Below are positions 20,092-29,325 of a stretch of 64,000 nucleotides of DNA, in pieces (the first letter of the stretch is position 1; each line of letters begins with the position of its first letter). Source of the DNA: Oligoflexales bacterium. Its GTDB lineage: Bacteria; Bdellovibrionota_B; Oligoflexia; Oligoflexales; RGVZ01. The DNA is taken from assembly GCA_947445775.1 (NCBI GenBank), contig CANFEB010000005.1, positions 36,066 to 100,065 of the forward strand, given 5' to 3'. The notes under the pieces were generated by a model. It was not told the origin of the DNA. It searched no databases and was given only the letters and a program-made list of their open reading frames with translations. The position numbers and the translations under genes were made by a program.

Positions 20092-20358
20092 TTACTTGTG
20101 GGCGGCACCGTGAGCAGCGCCTTCAGCCGGCGCAGCTGCTGGAGCAGCGTCGTAAGCAGCTGCCGGAGCAGCAGCTTCTTTTTTAGCTGCTTTTTTTGCT
20201 TTTTTAGCAGCTTTTTTTGCTTTCTTTACTTCTGTGTGATCAGCGGCCGGAGCAGCAGCTTCGACAGCAGCCGGAGCAGCAGCCGGAGCAGCAGCATCGT
20301 TTGCGAATGCCGGAGCAGACAGACCGATCAGAGCAGCAGCGAGAATTACATTTTTCAT
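20092..20358 (-). CDS. Small exported Ala/Lys/Pro-rich protein (Asr-like composition)
   Basis: SD AGGAGAG; signal MKNVILAAALIGLSAPAFA; AAAP and KKA repeats; own terminator. Confidence 0.8.
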   Translation of the reverse strand: MKNVILAAALIGLSAPAFANDAAAPAAAPAAVEAAAPAADHTEVKKAKKAAKKAKKAAKKEAAAPAAAYDAAPAAAPAEGAAHGAAHK

Positions 20359-20537
20359 TAGATCTCTCCTTGATACATTTATGAACCACTCGACAGAACG
20401 CACCCGAACACCGGGTTTGTGACAAAAGTGGCAAATCGTTGTTATAAATAAACCAGTATCCTTGAATCCCGTCAAGAGGCGTCAATTGCCGTTGCCTGTT
20501 CTCGTGGTTTTGATATGGTTCGGGCCCTGTGATCTTT

Positions 20538-20627
20538 GGAGAGATGGCCGAGTGGTTGAAGGCGCACGCCTGGAAAGCGTGTAGGGTGTAACAGCTCTCG
20601 TGGGTTCGAATCCCACTCTCTCCGCCA
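20538..20627 (+). tRNA. tRNA-Ser (anticodon GGA)
   Basis: GGAGAGA/TCTCTCC acceptor stem, CACGC-CTGGAAA-GCGTG anticodon arm, long variable arm, GGTTCGAATCC, encoded CCA. Confidence 0.97.
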
Positions 20628-20676
20628 CTTCCGGCGTTTTCCCTCTCATGTTTAATTCAACGATTTATGGCTGTTT

Positions 20677-21453
20677 TTATTGCAGGGTTTTCAGTTCTAG
20701 GGACTGGATCCTTTGGCTGTTTTTTTTGCTTATTTCCCCGTGAGGCGTTTGTTTGTGGCTCAATTTAAAGCCAGGAAGATTTTTTGCGGCAGCCCTGTGT
20801 GCCAACTCTTTGGCGGCCAGCAAGCCAGCCCGCAGTGAGGCGGGGCGATTGTCCGGCATCGACACCGATTTACGCAGGTAGTTTCCCCAAGTAAATTCCT
20901 GAAAGGGTAGGCTGATTTCGTCGAAGCAGTCCTCTTCCCGGAGCAGCCAGGCAAGGCTGCGCAGTCGATCATCCGTCATTTTTTTAAGGGTTTTTGGCAG
21001 ATCAGACGGCTGTATGTTGCGACCATCACTGTCCCGCAGATAAACCCACTGGCGCGCCTCCATGCTGCGCCAGAATTCGCCCTCCGGTAAGGCCGAAAAA
21101 TCGGCAAGCATCACCGCGGGAGCCTTGGCCTCCATGATGTTGCGGGATTCCAAATCCAAAAGTGCGAAGCTGAGATGGTGACCGTCAACCAGGTGAAGCC
21201 TGCCACCGGGACCTGTCACCACAGATATTTCGTGGTCTTCAAGGTACTCGCGACGATCGACCTCCGCCATGGCCTCAAGTGCCTTGGCGCGGATCTTGGT
21301 CTCGGCAAATCCGACTGAAGTCTGCCCCGGCAGGAGGAGGCTAATGCCGATCCATTTTGCTGGCGAAAGACCAGCAGAGGCGATTGGGATTAGCGTAAAA
21401 AAATCCGTGAATGCCAGATAAATCACAATCATCAAAGTTTTTTTCGGCCCCAA
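20677..21453 (-). CDS. ParB-like nuclease-fold protein (ParBc_2 type) with possible signal peptide
   Basis: LLPGQTSVG, VVTGPGGRLHLVDGHH, DDRLRSLAW, PFQEFTWGNYLR. Confidence 0.75.
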   Translation of the reverse strand: MGPKKTLMIVIYLAFTDFFTLIPIASAGLSPAKWIGISLLLPGQTSVGFAETKIRAKALEAMAEVDRREYLEDHEISVVTGPGGRLHLVDGHHLSFALLDLESRNIMEAKAPAVMLADFSALPEGEFWRSMEARQWVYLRDSDGRNIQPSDLPKTLKKMTDDRLRSLAWLLREEDCFDEISLPFQEFTWGNYLRKSVSMPDNRPASLRAGLLAAKELAHRAAAKNLPGFKLSHKQTPHGEISKKNSQRIQSLELKTLQ

Positions 21454-21572
21454 AAATCACCTCACAGTTCATCGCATTTCAAGTTCGGGTTACTTTATCG
21501 GAATTCCGGAGAATTCAGAAACTGGGCTACAATCATAACACCCCAAGCACAAACAAAAGGATTATCTAGAAA

Positions 21573-23465
21573 ATGCCTAGAAAATTGCTTGCCAGCACCC
21601 TGCTCATAATTTCTGGCGTCTGCGCGCTGCCCGCCTGCAAAACTAGATCTCAAGTTGCCAGTGAAAAGGCAATTCGGATCCATCCGGTCTTGGCCTCGTT
21701 GAGAACCAGCTGCGCTGGCGCGAGTTGCCATGGTTCGGTGTCGAAAACAATCATTTCCCGGTGGCAAAGGGACAGCCGGGTGGTCAACGACTGCTTGGTC
21801 AAAAACGGTCTGAAATCTGGACCTCTGATGCCGCCTGATCAGGCCAACGCCGAAAAACTCGCGGAGTGTTTTGAGGCCTATCCGCAAGGCGCTGGACTTC
21901 ACAGGGCATTTTATAAAACCCGTGATTTTGAGTCGCTGTTGCGCGCCGCGAAGCGCTCAGATGACGACATCAGTTATTTGAAAACCCTCGTAATGCCTAA
22001 TCCAGAAAGCGCAACCAGGGAGCAAATGAATTTTTCCAAAGACGAGGCCAAGCTCTGGGCCGATATCGAATGGTTTGTGTCGGGCGAGGCTGAGGCCGCT
22101 ATCGACAAATTATTCGATGCAGACATGACGGCAAAATATTGCAAATCGGATCGCATTTCGAGAACTCTGATTTCTCACATGACAGAAAAATCGGCGAATC
22201 CGTTCGCCAACTGGTGGTCACGTAAAAATCTGGAGAACCAGCTGCCGATGTTTGCATGCCCTGATCCCCGCAACGGGGCGCATAATTCGGCGAGCGATTG
22301 CTTCAAGTCGTTCGGGAAGCCGGTTGATATTGGCGCGCCTCAGACGGTGGCCGACGGCGAGGTTCCGTTTCGGATTGTAAGCCTGCGCGATGTGCCGGCG
22401 CATACTTATTATTGGACGCGTGTTTCTGCAGATGGCCGTTTTGTTGGCAACGGCAGCTCCGAGGATCTTGACCCAAAGGGCGAAGGCTACGAGGCTTTTG
22501 TTGATGATCTCGCGGTTGCCAACCGACGAATCCTTGTGCGTGCCAAGTACGACCCTGCATTCACTCCTGACAACGAATGGTTTCTGTTTCAGGGCGCCAA
22601 TGGCGATCACGCCCAAGCAGCATTTTGTCGCATGAGTGCTTTGCTGAATTTGAATAAAATCATTCCGCTGCCACCGGTCTGCCTTGGGCCCACCGAAAAA
22701 GACGGCAGTCATATCCACCTGTATCAGAGCATCGGGGCTGACCCTGAGGGTGGACCTTATTTGGTCGCGCAAGGAGGCTGGGAAAATGACAATGGCGGCA
22801 ATTCCGCGGCTGGTGGGCGTCTCGTATTCAACGCGGATCCACTGGTTAAACAGGGCAAAAATAACCTGAATCTATTTGTCTTTGACGGCGCGGCTTCTGG
22901 GTTGGCCGACACCATGACCTTCACGAACGAGGGGGATTGGGTGGTTTCTCCCTCAACCCGCCTGGTCGTGGGTCGCTACGGTCAGGGATCCTCAGAGCAG
23001 CACGGCTACCGCATTCATTCGCTTAACGTCCAATCCGACAATTCCAAAAAGGCCGGATACACCGTCAGCCAGAAAGTGGTCGGCGAAATTTGCAATATCG
23101 ATCCAGCCTCACGGTTGCCGGCCTTTCGCGGCGGGAAAGTCCAAATTTCCTTGGATGATCGTATTCTGGCCACCCACCGCTACACTGGCGCTGAGGGCGC
23201 AGACCTTACCGGGGGATCTTCCGACGTGCTTCTCTACGACATGCTGACTGGCAACTCCATGCAGGTGACCAATATGCCGGCGGGGATGTATGCGCTCTAT
23301 CCTTCGTGGCGTTCAGATGGCTGGGTCTATTTCTTGGTGCGTGATCGCAGAGCAAATGCAGGCAAGGATTTCGTGGCGGCAACGAACGCGGCTCATTGGT
23401 TGACTCAACAGACAGGATCCAATGCGCACATCGTTGACGGCAATGACTTTGAAGCTGGGGAATGA
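21573..23465 (+). CDS. Large lipoprotein with atypical CX4CH heme motif and beta-propeller/TolB-like C-terminus
   Basis: Lipobox LPAC; SCAGASCHG; repeats SADGRFV, FTPDNEW, SPSTRL, SLDDRI, RSDGWV. Confidence 0.7.
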   Translation: MPRKLLASTLLIISGVCALPACKTRSQVASEKAIRIHPVLASLRTSCAGASCHGSVSKTIISRWQRDSRVVNDCLVKNGLKSGPLMPPDQANAEKLAECFEAYPQGAGLHRAFYKTRDFESLLRAAKRSDDDISYLKTLVMPNPESATREQMNFSKDEAKLWADIEWFVSGEAEAAIDKLFDADMTAKYCKSDRISRTLISHMTEKSANPFANWWSRKNLENQLPMFACPDPRNGAHNSASDCFKSFGKPVDIGAPQTVADGEVPFRIVSLRDVPAHTYYWTRVSADGRFVGNGSSEDLDPKGEGYEAFVDDLAVANRRILVRAKYDPAFTPDNEWFLFQGANGDHAQAAFCRMSALLNLNKIIPLPPVCLGPTEKDGSHIHLYQSIGADPEGGPYLVAQGGWENDNGGNSAAGGRLVFNADPLVKQGKNNLNLFVFDGAASGLADTMTFTNEGDWVVSPSTRLVVGRYGQGSSEQHGYRIHSLNVQSDNSKKAGYTVSQKVVGEICNIDPASRLPAFRGGKVQISLDDRILATHRYTGAEGADLTGGSSDVLLYDMLTGNSMQVTNMPAGMYALYPSWRSDGWVYFLVRDRRANAGKDFVAATNAAHWLTQQTGSNAHIVDGNDFEAGE

Positions 23466-24973
23466 AGGTGTTTAACTTAAGTCACTCTGTGAGATTCATA
23501 AAATTTATGGTCCTGCTGATTTTTGCAGGCCCAGCCCTGTCAGGCTGCAAAACTCGTTTTCGTGTAGAGAACAACTTACGTGTGGCAGCCTCTCCGCGTC
23601 CGGATGCGGTGACCATGACGGCATTTGCTCGCTATTGTTCGGGATGCCACGCTGCTTATGGCTCAAAGGATGGGCAGGTTGATGGCGACGCGGCATGGAA
23701 AAACATCCACCGTGATGCCAAAGAAATTGCTTCACGCCTGGATTGGAACACTGCGGCGCAGGACCACATGATGCCGCCTCCTGGTTCAAGTGAGCAGGCA
23801 GATCTCAGCAATGCCCCGAATGATCGCCAAAAGATGCTGGCGGCAGTAACGGCGGTGTCCAGAGGTGACCTTGCCCCTGACCTGCCCCTGGACCGGATTA
23901 AACTTCAACCGGGATTCAAAATCAGTGTTTGGGCCAAGGTTCCCGGAGCACGCTCCATGACACTTGGTGATGACGGCACTGTTTATGTCGGCAGCGGCGG
24001 CCTCGGGGGGCGCCATAAAAAGGTCTATGCGGTTCAAGATCTTGACGGCAACGGATCCGGTGAATCCGTCACAGTTATTCGTGATTTTGAGGTTTCAGAT
24101 CCCCAAGACAGCTTGGCCGTTCCAAACGGGGTGGCGTTTCGCGACGGCAAACTTTATGTCGGGCTCATTGACCGGATCGTCCGCTTTGAGGGCATAGCTT
24201 CAAATTTTTCTCAGAACCCGAAACCAGCTGTTGAAGTGGTGCGATTTCCCGAAGAGATGCATCACGGTTGGAAGTTCATTGGCTTCGGTCCCGACGGGCG
24301 CCTTTACGTTCCTGTTGGGGCAGATGGCAACATGACCACCGATCCGGACCAGTTTGGGCTGATTTACCGCCTTAGTAACGACATGGCCCGCAAGGAAATA
24401 TTTGCCAAGGGTGTCCGCAACAGTGTGGGATTTGACTGGCACCCGCAAACGGGTGATCTGTGGTTCACAGATAATGGACGCGACAACCTCGTGATCAACA
24501 CTCAGGGGTCGGATGATATTCCTCCCGACGAATTAAACCGTGCACCCCAGTCAGGGTTGAATTTCGGCCATCCCTTTTGTCACGCCGGCACCATAGCAGA
24601 CCCCGATCCTGAATACGCCAGGCTTGGTGCCTGCGCCGACGCAGTCCCACCCGTTCAGAATCTGCTGCCCCATGCCGCGGCGTTGGGCATGCGCTTTTAC
24701 ACGGGCAAGAGTTATCCTCAAGAATTCCGCAACCAGATTTTGATTGCAGAGCATGGATCATGGAACCGTTCAACGCGGATCGGATACCGGGTCAGCTTGG
24801 TGCGCTTGGAGGGAAACCGGGCGACTTCCTACGAGGATTTTGCCTCGGGCTGGTTGACCCCAGAGGGCGACCGTTGGGGCCGCCCCGTGGATATTCAGGT
24901 GGCTCCGGATGGTGCGGTGCTGGTATCAGATGACATGGCTGGAGTGATTTACCGGATCGCCTACCAGCCCTGA
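23462..24973 (+). CDS. Lipoprotein: cytochrome c domain fused to PQQ-dependent sugar (sorbosone-type) dehydrogenase
   Basis: Lipobox LSGC; CSGCH plus MMPP; HHGWKFIGFGPDGRLY, GVRNSVGFDWHP, PHAAALGMRFY, HGSWNR, GRPVD. Confidence 0.88.
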   Translation: MKVFNLSHSVRFIKFMVLLIFAGPALSGCKTRFRVENNLRVAASPRPDAVTMTAFARYCSGCHAAYGSKDGQVDGDAAWKNIHRDAKEIASRLDWNTAAQDHMMPPPGSSEQADLSNAPNDRQKMLAAVTAVSRGDLAPDLPLDRIKLQPGFKISVWAKVPGARSMTLGDDGTVYVGSGGLGGRHKKVYAVQDLDGNGSGESVTVIRDFEVSDPQDSLAVPNGVAFRDGKLYVGLIDRIVRFEGIASNFSQNPKPAVEVVRFPEEMHHGWKFIGFGPDGRLYVPVGADGNMTTDPDQFGLIYRLSNDMARKEIFAKGVRNSVGFDWHPQTGDLWFTDNGRDNLVINTQGSDDIPPDELNRAPQSGLNFGHPFCHAGTIADPDPEYARLGACADAVPPVQNLLPHAAALGMRFYTGKSYPQEFRNQILIAEHGSWNRSTRIGYRVSLVRLEGNRATSYEDFASGWLTPEGDRWGRPVDIQVAPDGAVLVSDDMAGVIYRIAYQP

Positions 24974-25028
24974 TGTTTGTCCCGTGCACAATCATTTGCC
25001 GGCCGGCACCGCTTGAAGGGATCCGTTT

Positions 25029-26252
25029 ATGGATTTTAAGCCTGAAGTTTTTACCCCGTCCTATTGGATGGAAGTCCCGGCCATAGAAGGCCAATTGACG
25101 CGCCCGCGTGACGGCGGCGGAGTCCTTGTCATCGGTTCCGGGTTGGCGGGTGTGAGTTCCGCATATTGGTTGCGCGAGGCTGGATTCGACGATCTGTCCA
25201 TGATTGATTTTGCCCTGCCCCACGCCGCCACATTTCGCAATTGCGGCCATATTCTCTACGGCACCGTTGAATCGATGCAGGCCATGGTGGCGTTGCACGG
25301 TCGTGAGGCTGCGCGAGAAATCTGGGAGTTTTCGATCGGGATCTGTCACGAGGTCCGCGACACGATCAAGCGGCTGAATCTTGACGCCGACTACAAGCAG
25401 TCTGGATATTTGGTGATGGCCATTGATGAGACTGAGGACAAGGAAATCAAGGAGTCGATCGAGCTTCTTGGCAGTATGGGTTTTGAAAACCATTATGTGG
25501 ACGCGGCGAAATTGCGCCAGCTTGGTTTCAAAAATGTTCACGGCGCAAGATTCGAAGCTGGATCTGCCCAAGCGCATCCGATGAAGTTTCGTAACGGAGT
25601 TTTGCAAAATTGTCTGGATAACGGCCTTGCCTATCACAGCAATGTCAAAGTCACTGCGGTCGAGGAAGAGGGCGACCATGTCGTGGTGGTGACCGAGCCT
25701 TGGGGCAGACTGCGCTATGACGCTGTTGTGGTTGCCGCCAACGCCTACAATCCGTTGCTGTCTCGATATTTTGCCGAGCGTCGCCTGGTGGAGCCGTTCC
25801 GGGGGCAGATCATCACTTCAAAACCATTGCGGCACGATTTCAAGGTCAGGCATCCCCACAGCTTTGATCATGGTTATGAATATGCCCTTGTGACCGATGA
25901 CAACCGCCTTATGATCGGTGGCTGGCGCAACAACACCCCTGGCGGTGAAGTGGGGACGTATGACATCGATCCGAACGAGAATGTGGTGCAGGGGCTGAAG
26001 GACTTCGTTCACCAGCACTACGCCATCAATGAGGCGATCGAGTGGGAATATTCATGGGCCGGCATAATGGCAGCTTCGAAAACGGGCTTTCCATTCATTG
26101 GCCCGACGACGAGTCCTCGAATATTCACCTGCGCAGGATTTACTGGTCACGGTTTCTCGTGGGCCCACGGCAGCGCAAAATTGTTGGCAGATATTATGGC
26201 GGGTAATCCGATCCCGGCCGTCTCAAAATACTTCAATCCCAAGATGGCTTGA
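25029..26252 (+). CDS. FAD-dependent oxidoreductase (DAO/PuuB-like)
   Basis: VIGSGLAG, RNCG, WAGIM, GFTGHG. Confidence 0.88.
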   Translation: MDFKPEVFTPSYWMEVPAIEGQLTRPRDGGGVLVIGSGLAGVSSAYWLREAGFDDLSMIDFALPHAATFRNCGHILYGTVESMQAMVALHGREAAREIWEFSIGICHEVRDTIKRLNLDADYKQSGYLVMAIDETEDKEIKESIELLGSMGFENHYVDAAKLRQLGFKNVHGARFEAGSAQAHPMKFRNGVLQNCLDNGLAYHSNVKVTAVEEEGDHVVVVTEPWGRLRYDAVVVAANAYNPLLSRYFAERRLVEPFRGQIITSKPLRHDFKVRHPHSFDHGYEYALVTDDNRLMIGGWRNNTPGGEVGTYDIDPNENVVQGLKDFVHQHYAINEAIEWEYSWAGIMAASKTGFPFIGPTTSPRIFTCAGFTGHGFSWAHGSAKLLADIMAGNPIPAVSKYFNPKMA

Positions 26253-26297
26253 TATTTGGCGTTTTGGTCCTGGTATTTTGCCGATTAATATACTTGC

Positions 26298-27219
26298 TTG
26301 AGCCTCTGGAGGGTCAGCCCAATTCGAACCCCCTTGGTGTTAAGGGGGGCGCGGCAGGTTGGCAAAACTCACAGCATTCGTGAGTTCGGTCGAGATCACT
26401 TTGCCAATTTGGTGGAAGTTAATCTTGAAACTAACCCAGAGTTTCTTGGCTGTTTTAGTAGTCCGGATGCGAAGACGATTTGCGCGCAGCTTGAAGCGGT
26501 CGCAAATTTGCAACCTTTGTCGTTCAAAGAGTTTTTAGGGGCATCAGGCGAATTTAAGCTCGTGCAAATGGTCACTGCAGCAACAGTGGAAACACCATGT
26601 GCCGGGAGTGTTCAAAACAGGCTCGCAATAGGATTTGTTGCCGATTTTTCTAAATATGGCCGTCGTTATGATCACCACAAGCTGCAACAACTGATGAACG
26701 CAGTGCCAAGACTCGTCGGGAAAAAATTTAAGTATTCCCATGTGGATCCGGAAACAACGGCCCGAGATTTTAAGTTGCCTCTATTGGATTTGGAACGCGC
26801 AGGGCTGGTCCCGCTCATTCGAGCGAGCGGAGCAAATGGAATACCGTTAGGGGCTGAGGACCGAGAAGGCGTCTTTAAGGCTCAGTATTTGGATATTGGG
26901 CTCATGATGAGTGCCTTGGGCTTGGACCTTTTTTCGCAAGATATTTAAAAATCTCTGTTTATTAATGAGGGCTCACTGGCCGAGCAATTTGTCGGGCAGG
27001 AACTGCTTGCTTCCTTGGATCCTGAACGCACACCCCAGCTTTTTTATTGGATGGGCGAGGCTCGCGGATCTGAGGCTGCGGTCCCTGCGGCAATTCATGC
27101 TGGATAAGAAATCGCGGATCGGAGTTCGTATCTCGCAACGCCCGCTGTCGTTCATCGATGGCGTCTTGTCCGTTCCGTTTTATATGGTCTCAGAACTAGA
27201 GCGGATACTGAGGGCGTAG
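26298..27219 (+). pseudogene. Decayed AAA+ ATPase (DUF4143-type ATP-binding protein)
   Basis: Walker A LRGARQVGKT retained, no Walker B/GS segment; PLSFKEFL, DFSKYG, LDIGL, EQFVGQEL and SLRQFM..SVPFYM lie in shifting frames. Confidence 0.8.
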
Positions 27220-27237
27220 CAAATGTTCTTAAGCGGT

Positions 27238-28041
27238 TTAAGGGAAAAAAACAAAAAAACCGATCACGCCGGCCAACACCGCCCGGTAGACCATGAACCA
27301 GAAGAATCCGTAGTTTCTGACCAGTTTCATGAGCACTTGGATTGCCAGGAAACCGGAAGCAAAGGACATCAGAGTCCCAGCGTAGAATGCCGGGTTTGTT
27401 AGGTGTTGCAGGATTTCGCGCGATTCTAGTAGGGCAGCCCCAAACATGGCCGGGGTTCCGAGCAGAAACGAAAACCTCGCGGCGTCGGGACGGGTAAAGC
27501 CGAGAAAGCGCGCGGCAATAATGGTCGAACCGCTGCGCGAGACGCCGGGGATCAATGCCATGGCTTGCGCCGTGCCGATGAGGATGCCGTCTTTGATGGT
27601 CAATTGCTCAAGGTTGCGAGTTGATGGGCGGGTCTTGTCCGACCACCAGAGGAGCACCCCAACAAGGGCCAGTGGAATGATGACGATTTGGGGGTGGTGC
27701 AGTTTTTCCTCGATGATCCGATGAAACTTCAGGCCGATGATTCCGGCCGGTATGGAGCCCAATATCAGTGCCGGCAGCAGCACGTCCGACCCGAAAGACT
27801 TCGTGCCTGAAAAAGCCCGGCGCACCAGAGAGCGCCCCATGGCCAGCCAATCCTGGAAAAAATAGACCAAAACGGCCATGACCGTGCCAATGTGCAGGGC
27901 AACATTCAGGGCTAAGGGCAGAGGTTTTCCTGACATAAGCTCAGAAACGACGATAAGATGGGCCGAGCTTGATACGGGCAGCAACTCGGTGAGGCCTTGG
28001 ACCAGCCCGAGAACCAGACCTGTCAATAAATCTTGATTCAT
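27238..28041 (-). CDS. uppP: Undecaprenyl-diphosphate phosphatase
   Basis: VQGLTELLPVSSSAHL, PGVSRSGSTI, AARFSFLL. Confidence 0.95.
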   Translation of the reverse strand: MNQDLLTGLVLGLVQGLTELLPVSSSAHLIVVSELMSGKPLPLALNVALHIGTVMAVLVYFFQDWLAMGRSLVRRAFSGTKSFGSDVLLPALILGSIPAGIIGLKFHRIIEEKLHHPQIVIIPLALVGVLLWWSDKTRPSTRNLEQLTIKDGILIGTAQAMALIPGVSRSGSTIIAARFLGFTRPDAARFSFLLGTPAMFGAALLESREILQHLTNPAFYAGTLMSFASGFLAIQVLMKLVRNYGFFWFMVYRAVLAGVIGFFVFFP

Positions 28042-28123
28042 GTTCGTTCGCTTCTTGACTGAATGTTTCAGAGGAATCTTAATATGGACTTGGGTTCAAG
28101 TCGAGGTCATCCGAGGAGGTTTC

Positions 28124-28417
28124 GTGTCCATAGTAATTGTTACCGACGATGTGTTGCGCAGCAAACGCAAAGAGTCAAAAATCCAGGAAGATAAGATCGA
28201 CCGGGAGTCGGCCTTTGCTCCGTGGCGTCGCAATGACATCACCGGCCGCGATCCTGTGGCCATAATGATTGGCCTGCTGGCGTTGCCGGTGGCGGCTTTT
28301 TGGTCTTTCATTGCAGGGTGCATCACGCTGTCTTTTTCTGTGATGCTGAGCGTGTTTAAAGTTTTGGGGAAGTTTTTTGGGAAGTTGTTTGGCGGGAAAA
28401 ATCAGGTTTCCCGCTGA
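28124..28417 (+). CDS. Small hypothetical membrane protein
   Basis: SD GGAGG before GTG 28124; hydrophobic C-terminal half. Confidence 0.6.
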   Translation: MSIVIVTDDVLRSKRKESKIQEDKIDRESAFAPWRRNDITGRDPVAIMIGLLALPVAAFWSFIAGCITLSFSVMLSVFKVLGKFFGKLFGGKNQVSR

Positions 28418-28448
28418 AAAACAGAAGGGCGGCCTCCTTGGCCGCCCT
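28417..28448 (-). terminator. Intrinsic terminator between convergent genes
   Basis: agggcggcc-tcctt-ggccgccct hairpin followed by a T-run on the minus strand. Confidence 0.7.
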
Positions 28449-28460
28449 CTGATTACTCGT

Positions 28461-29033
28461 TTATCTCGCCGCTTTTTTCGCCGCAATCACAAAATTCTTT
28501 CGAATCAATTCAACGATGGCCGTAAGATCCTGGGGGGAAGGTTTTCCCGTTTTTATATAGATGAGCTCGCCTTTTTGATTAAGAATGATCAAATTGTAGG
28601 CATTGTCCTTCAAGCCCCATTCCCGAACCAGATGTTTGGTGAAGTCCTTGGCGTAAGTTGTGGTGGGGAACTTTTTTTGCTTTGCCGCAAGGGTGATCCC
28701 GATCATGAAATTTGGCAAAGCAGTGGCCTTCATATTTACGAGCGCCGACGAAGTCACTTGGTCAGCCGGGAAGTGTTCGGCGTCTAAAGCCTCCTCCAGC
28801 GCTTCGCCGTCGGCCCGTTCATCGGGATCAACATAAAAAATCAGGTGTATTTTACCGAGTCCGTCCTGGAAGTCCCAGGGATTACCGTCAAGTTTGCCGC
28901 CGTTGTCGCCGTCCAATCGGGCTACAGGTGGCACGAAACCTTCTTTAATTTCAGCTGCCAAGACCATCCCGCTGTTCAAAAATTCGCCCCCGGCTATGAC
29001 TGCGCAGATCCACAAAAGAAGCAGACGGCCCAT
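28461..29033 (-). CDS. YtfJ-family exported protein
   Basis: Signal peptide; GGKLDGNPW, IFYVDPD, KQKKFP, WGL. Confidence 0.75.
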   Translation of the reverse strand: MGRLLLLWICAVIAGGEFLNSGMVLAAEIKEGFVPPVARLDGDNGGKLDGNPWDFQDGLGKIHLIFYVDPDERADGEALEEALDAEHFPADQVTSSALVNMKATALPNFMIGITLAAKQKKFPTTTYAKDFTKHLVREWGLKDNAYNLIILNQKGELIYIKTGKPSPQDLTAIVELIRKNFVIAAKKAAR

Positions 29034-29325
29034 GGCGGAACCCCTTAAAGGCAAAATCAGGAATTTATTAACAAACGCTACCCAAGATTGTCCCAGAGCA
29101 TGGCTTAGGAATCCAGACGGATAATTTGTTGAAAATCAAATCAACCTGCTTTTTGACTGTCAAACTCGGGTGTTCAAAAAGTCAGCTCGGGCCTAGGAGG
29201 GGATTCACGCGGCCCCCAATTTAAGAAGTTGATGGATTACTGCCGATTCCCTATGAAGAACCTTAGTGGTTCATTTTGCGGATCAGGGAGCGCATCCATT
29301 GAAGAACAAGCAAGGCGATAAATTC

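Noticed and set aside
20538-27219. tRNA-Ser-anchored genomic island
   Set aside because: No integrase and no duplicated tRNA 3' end found by eye.
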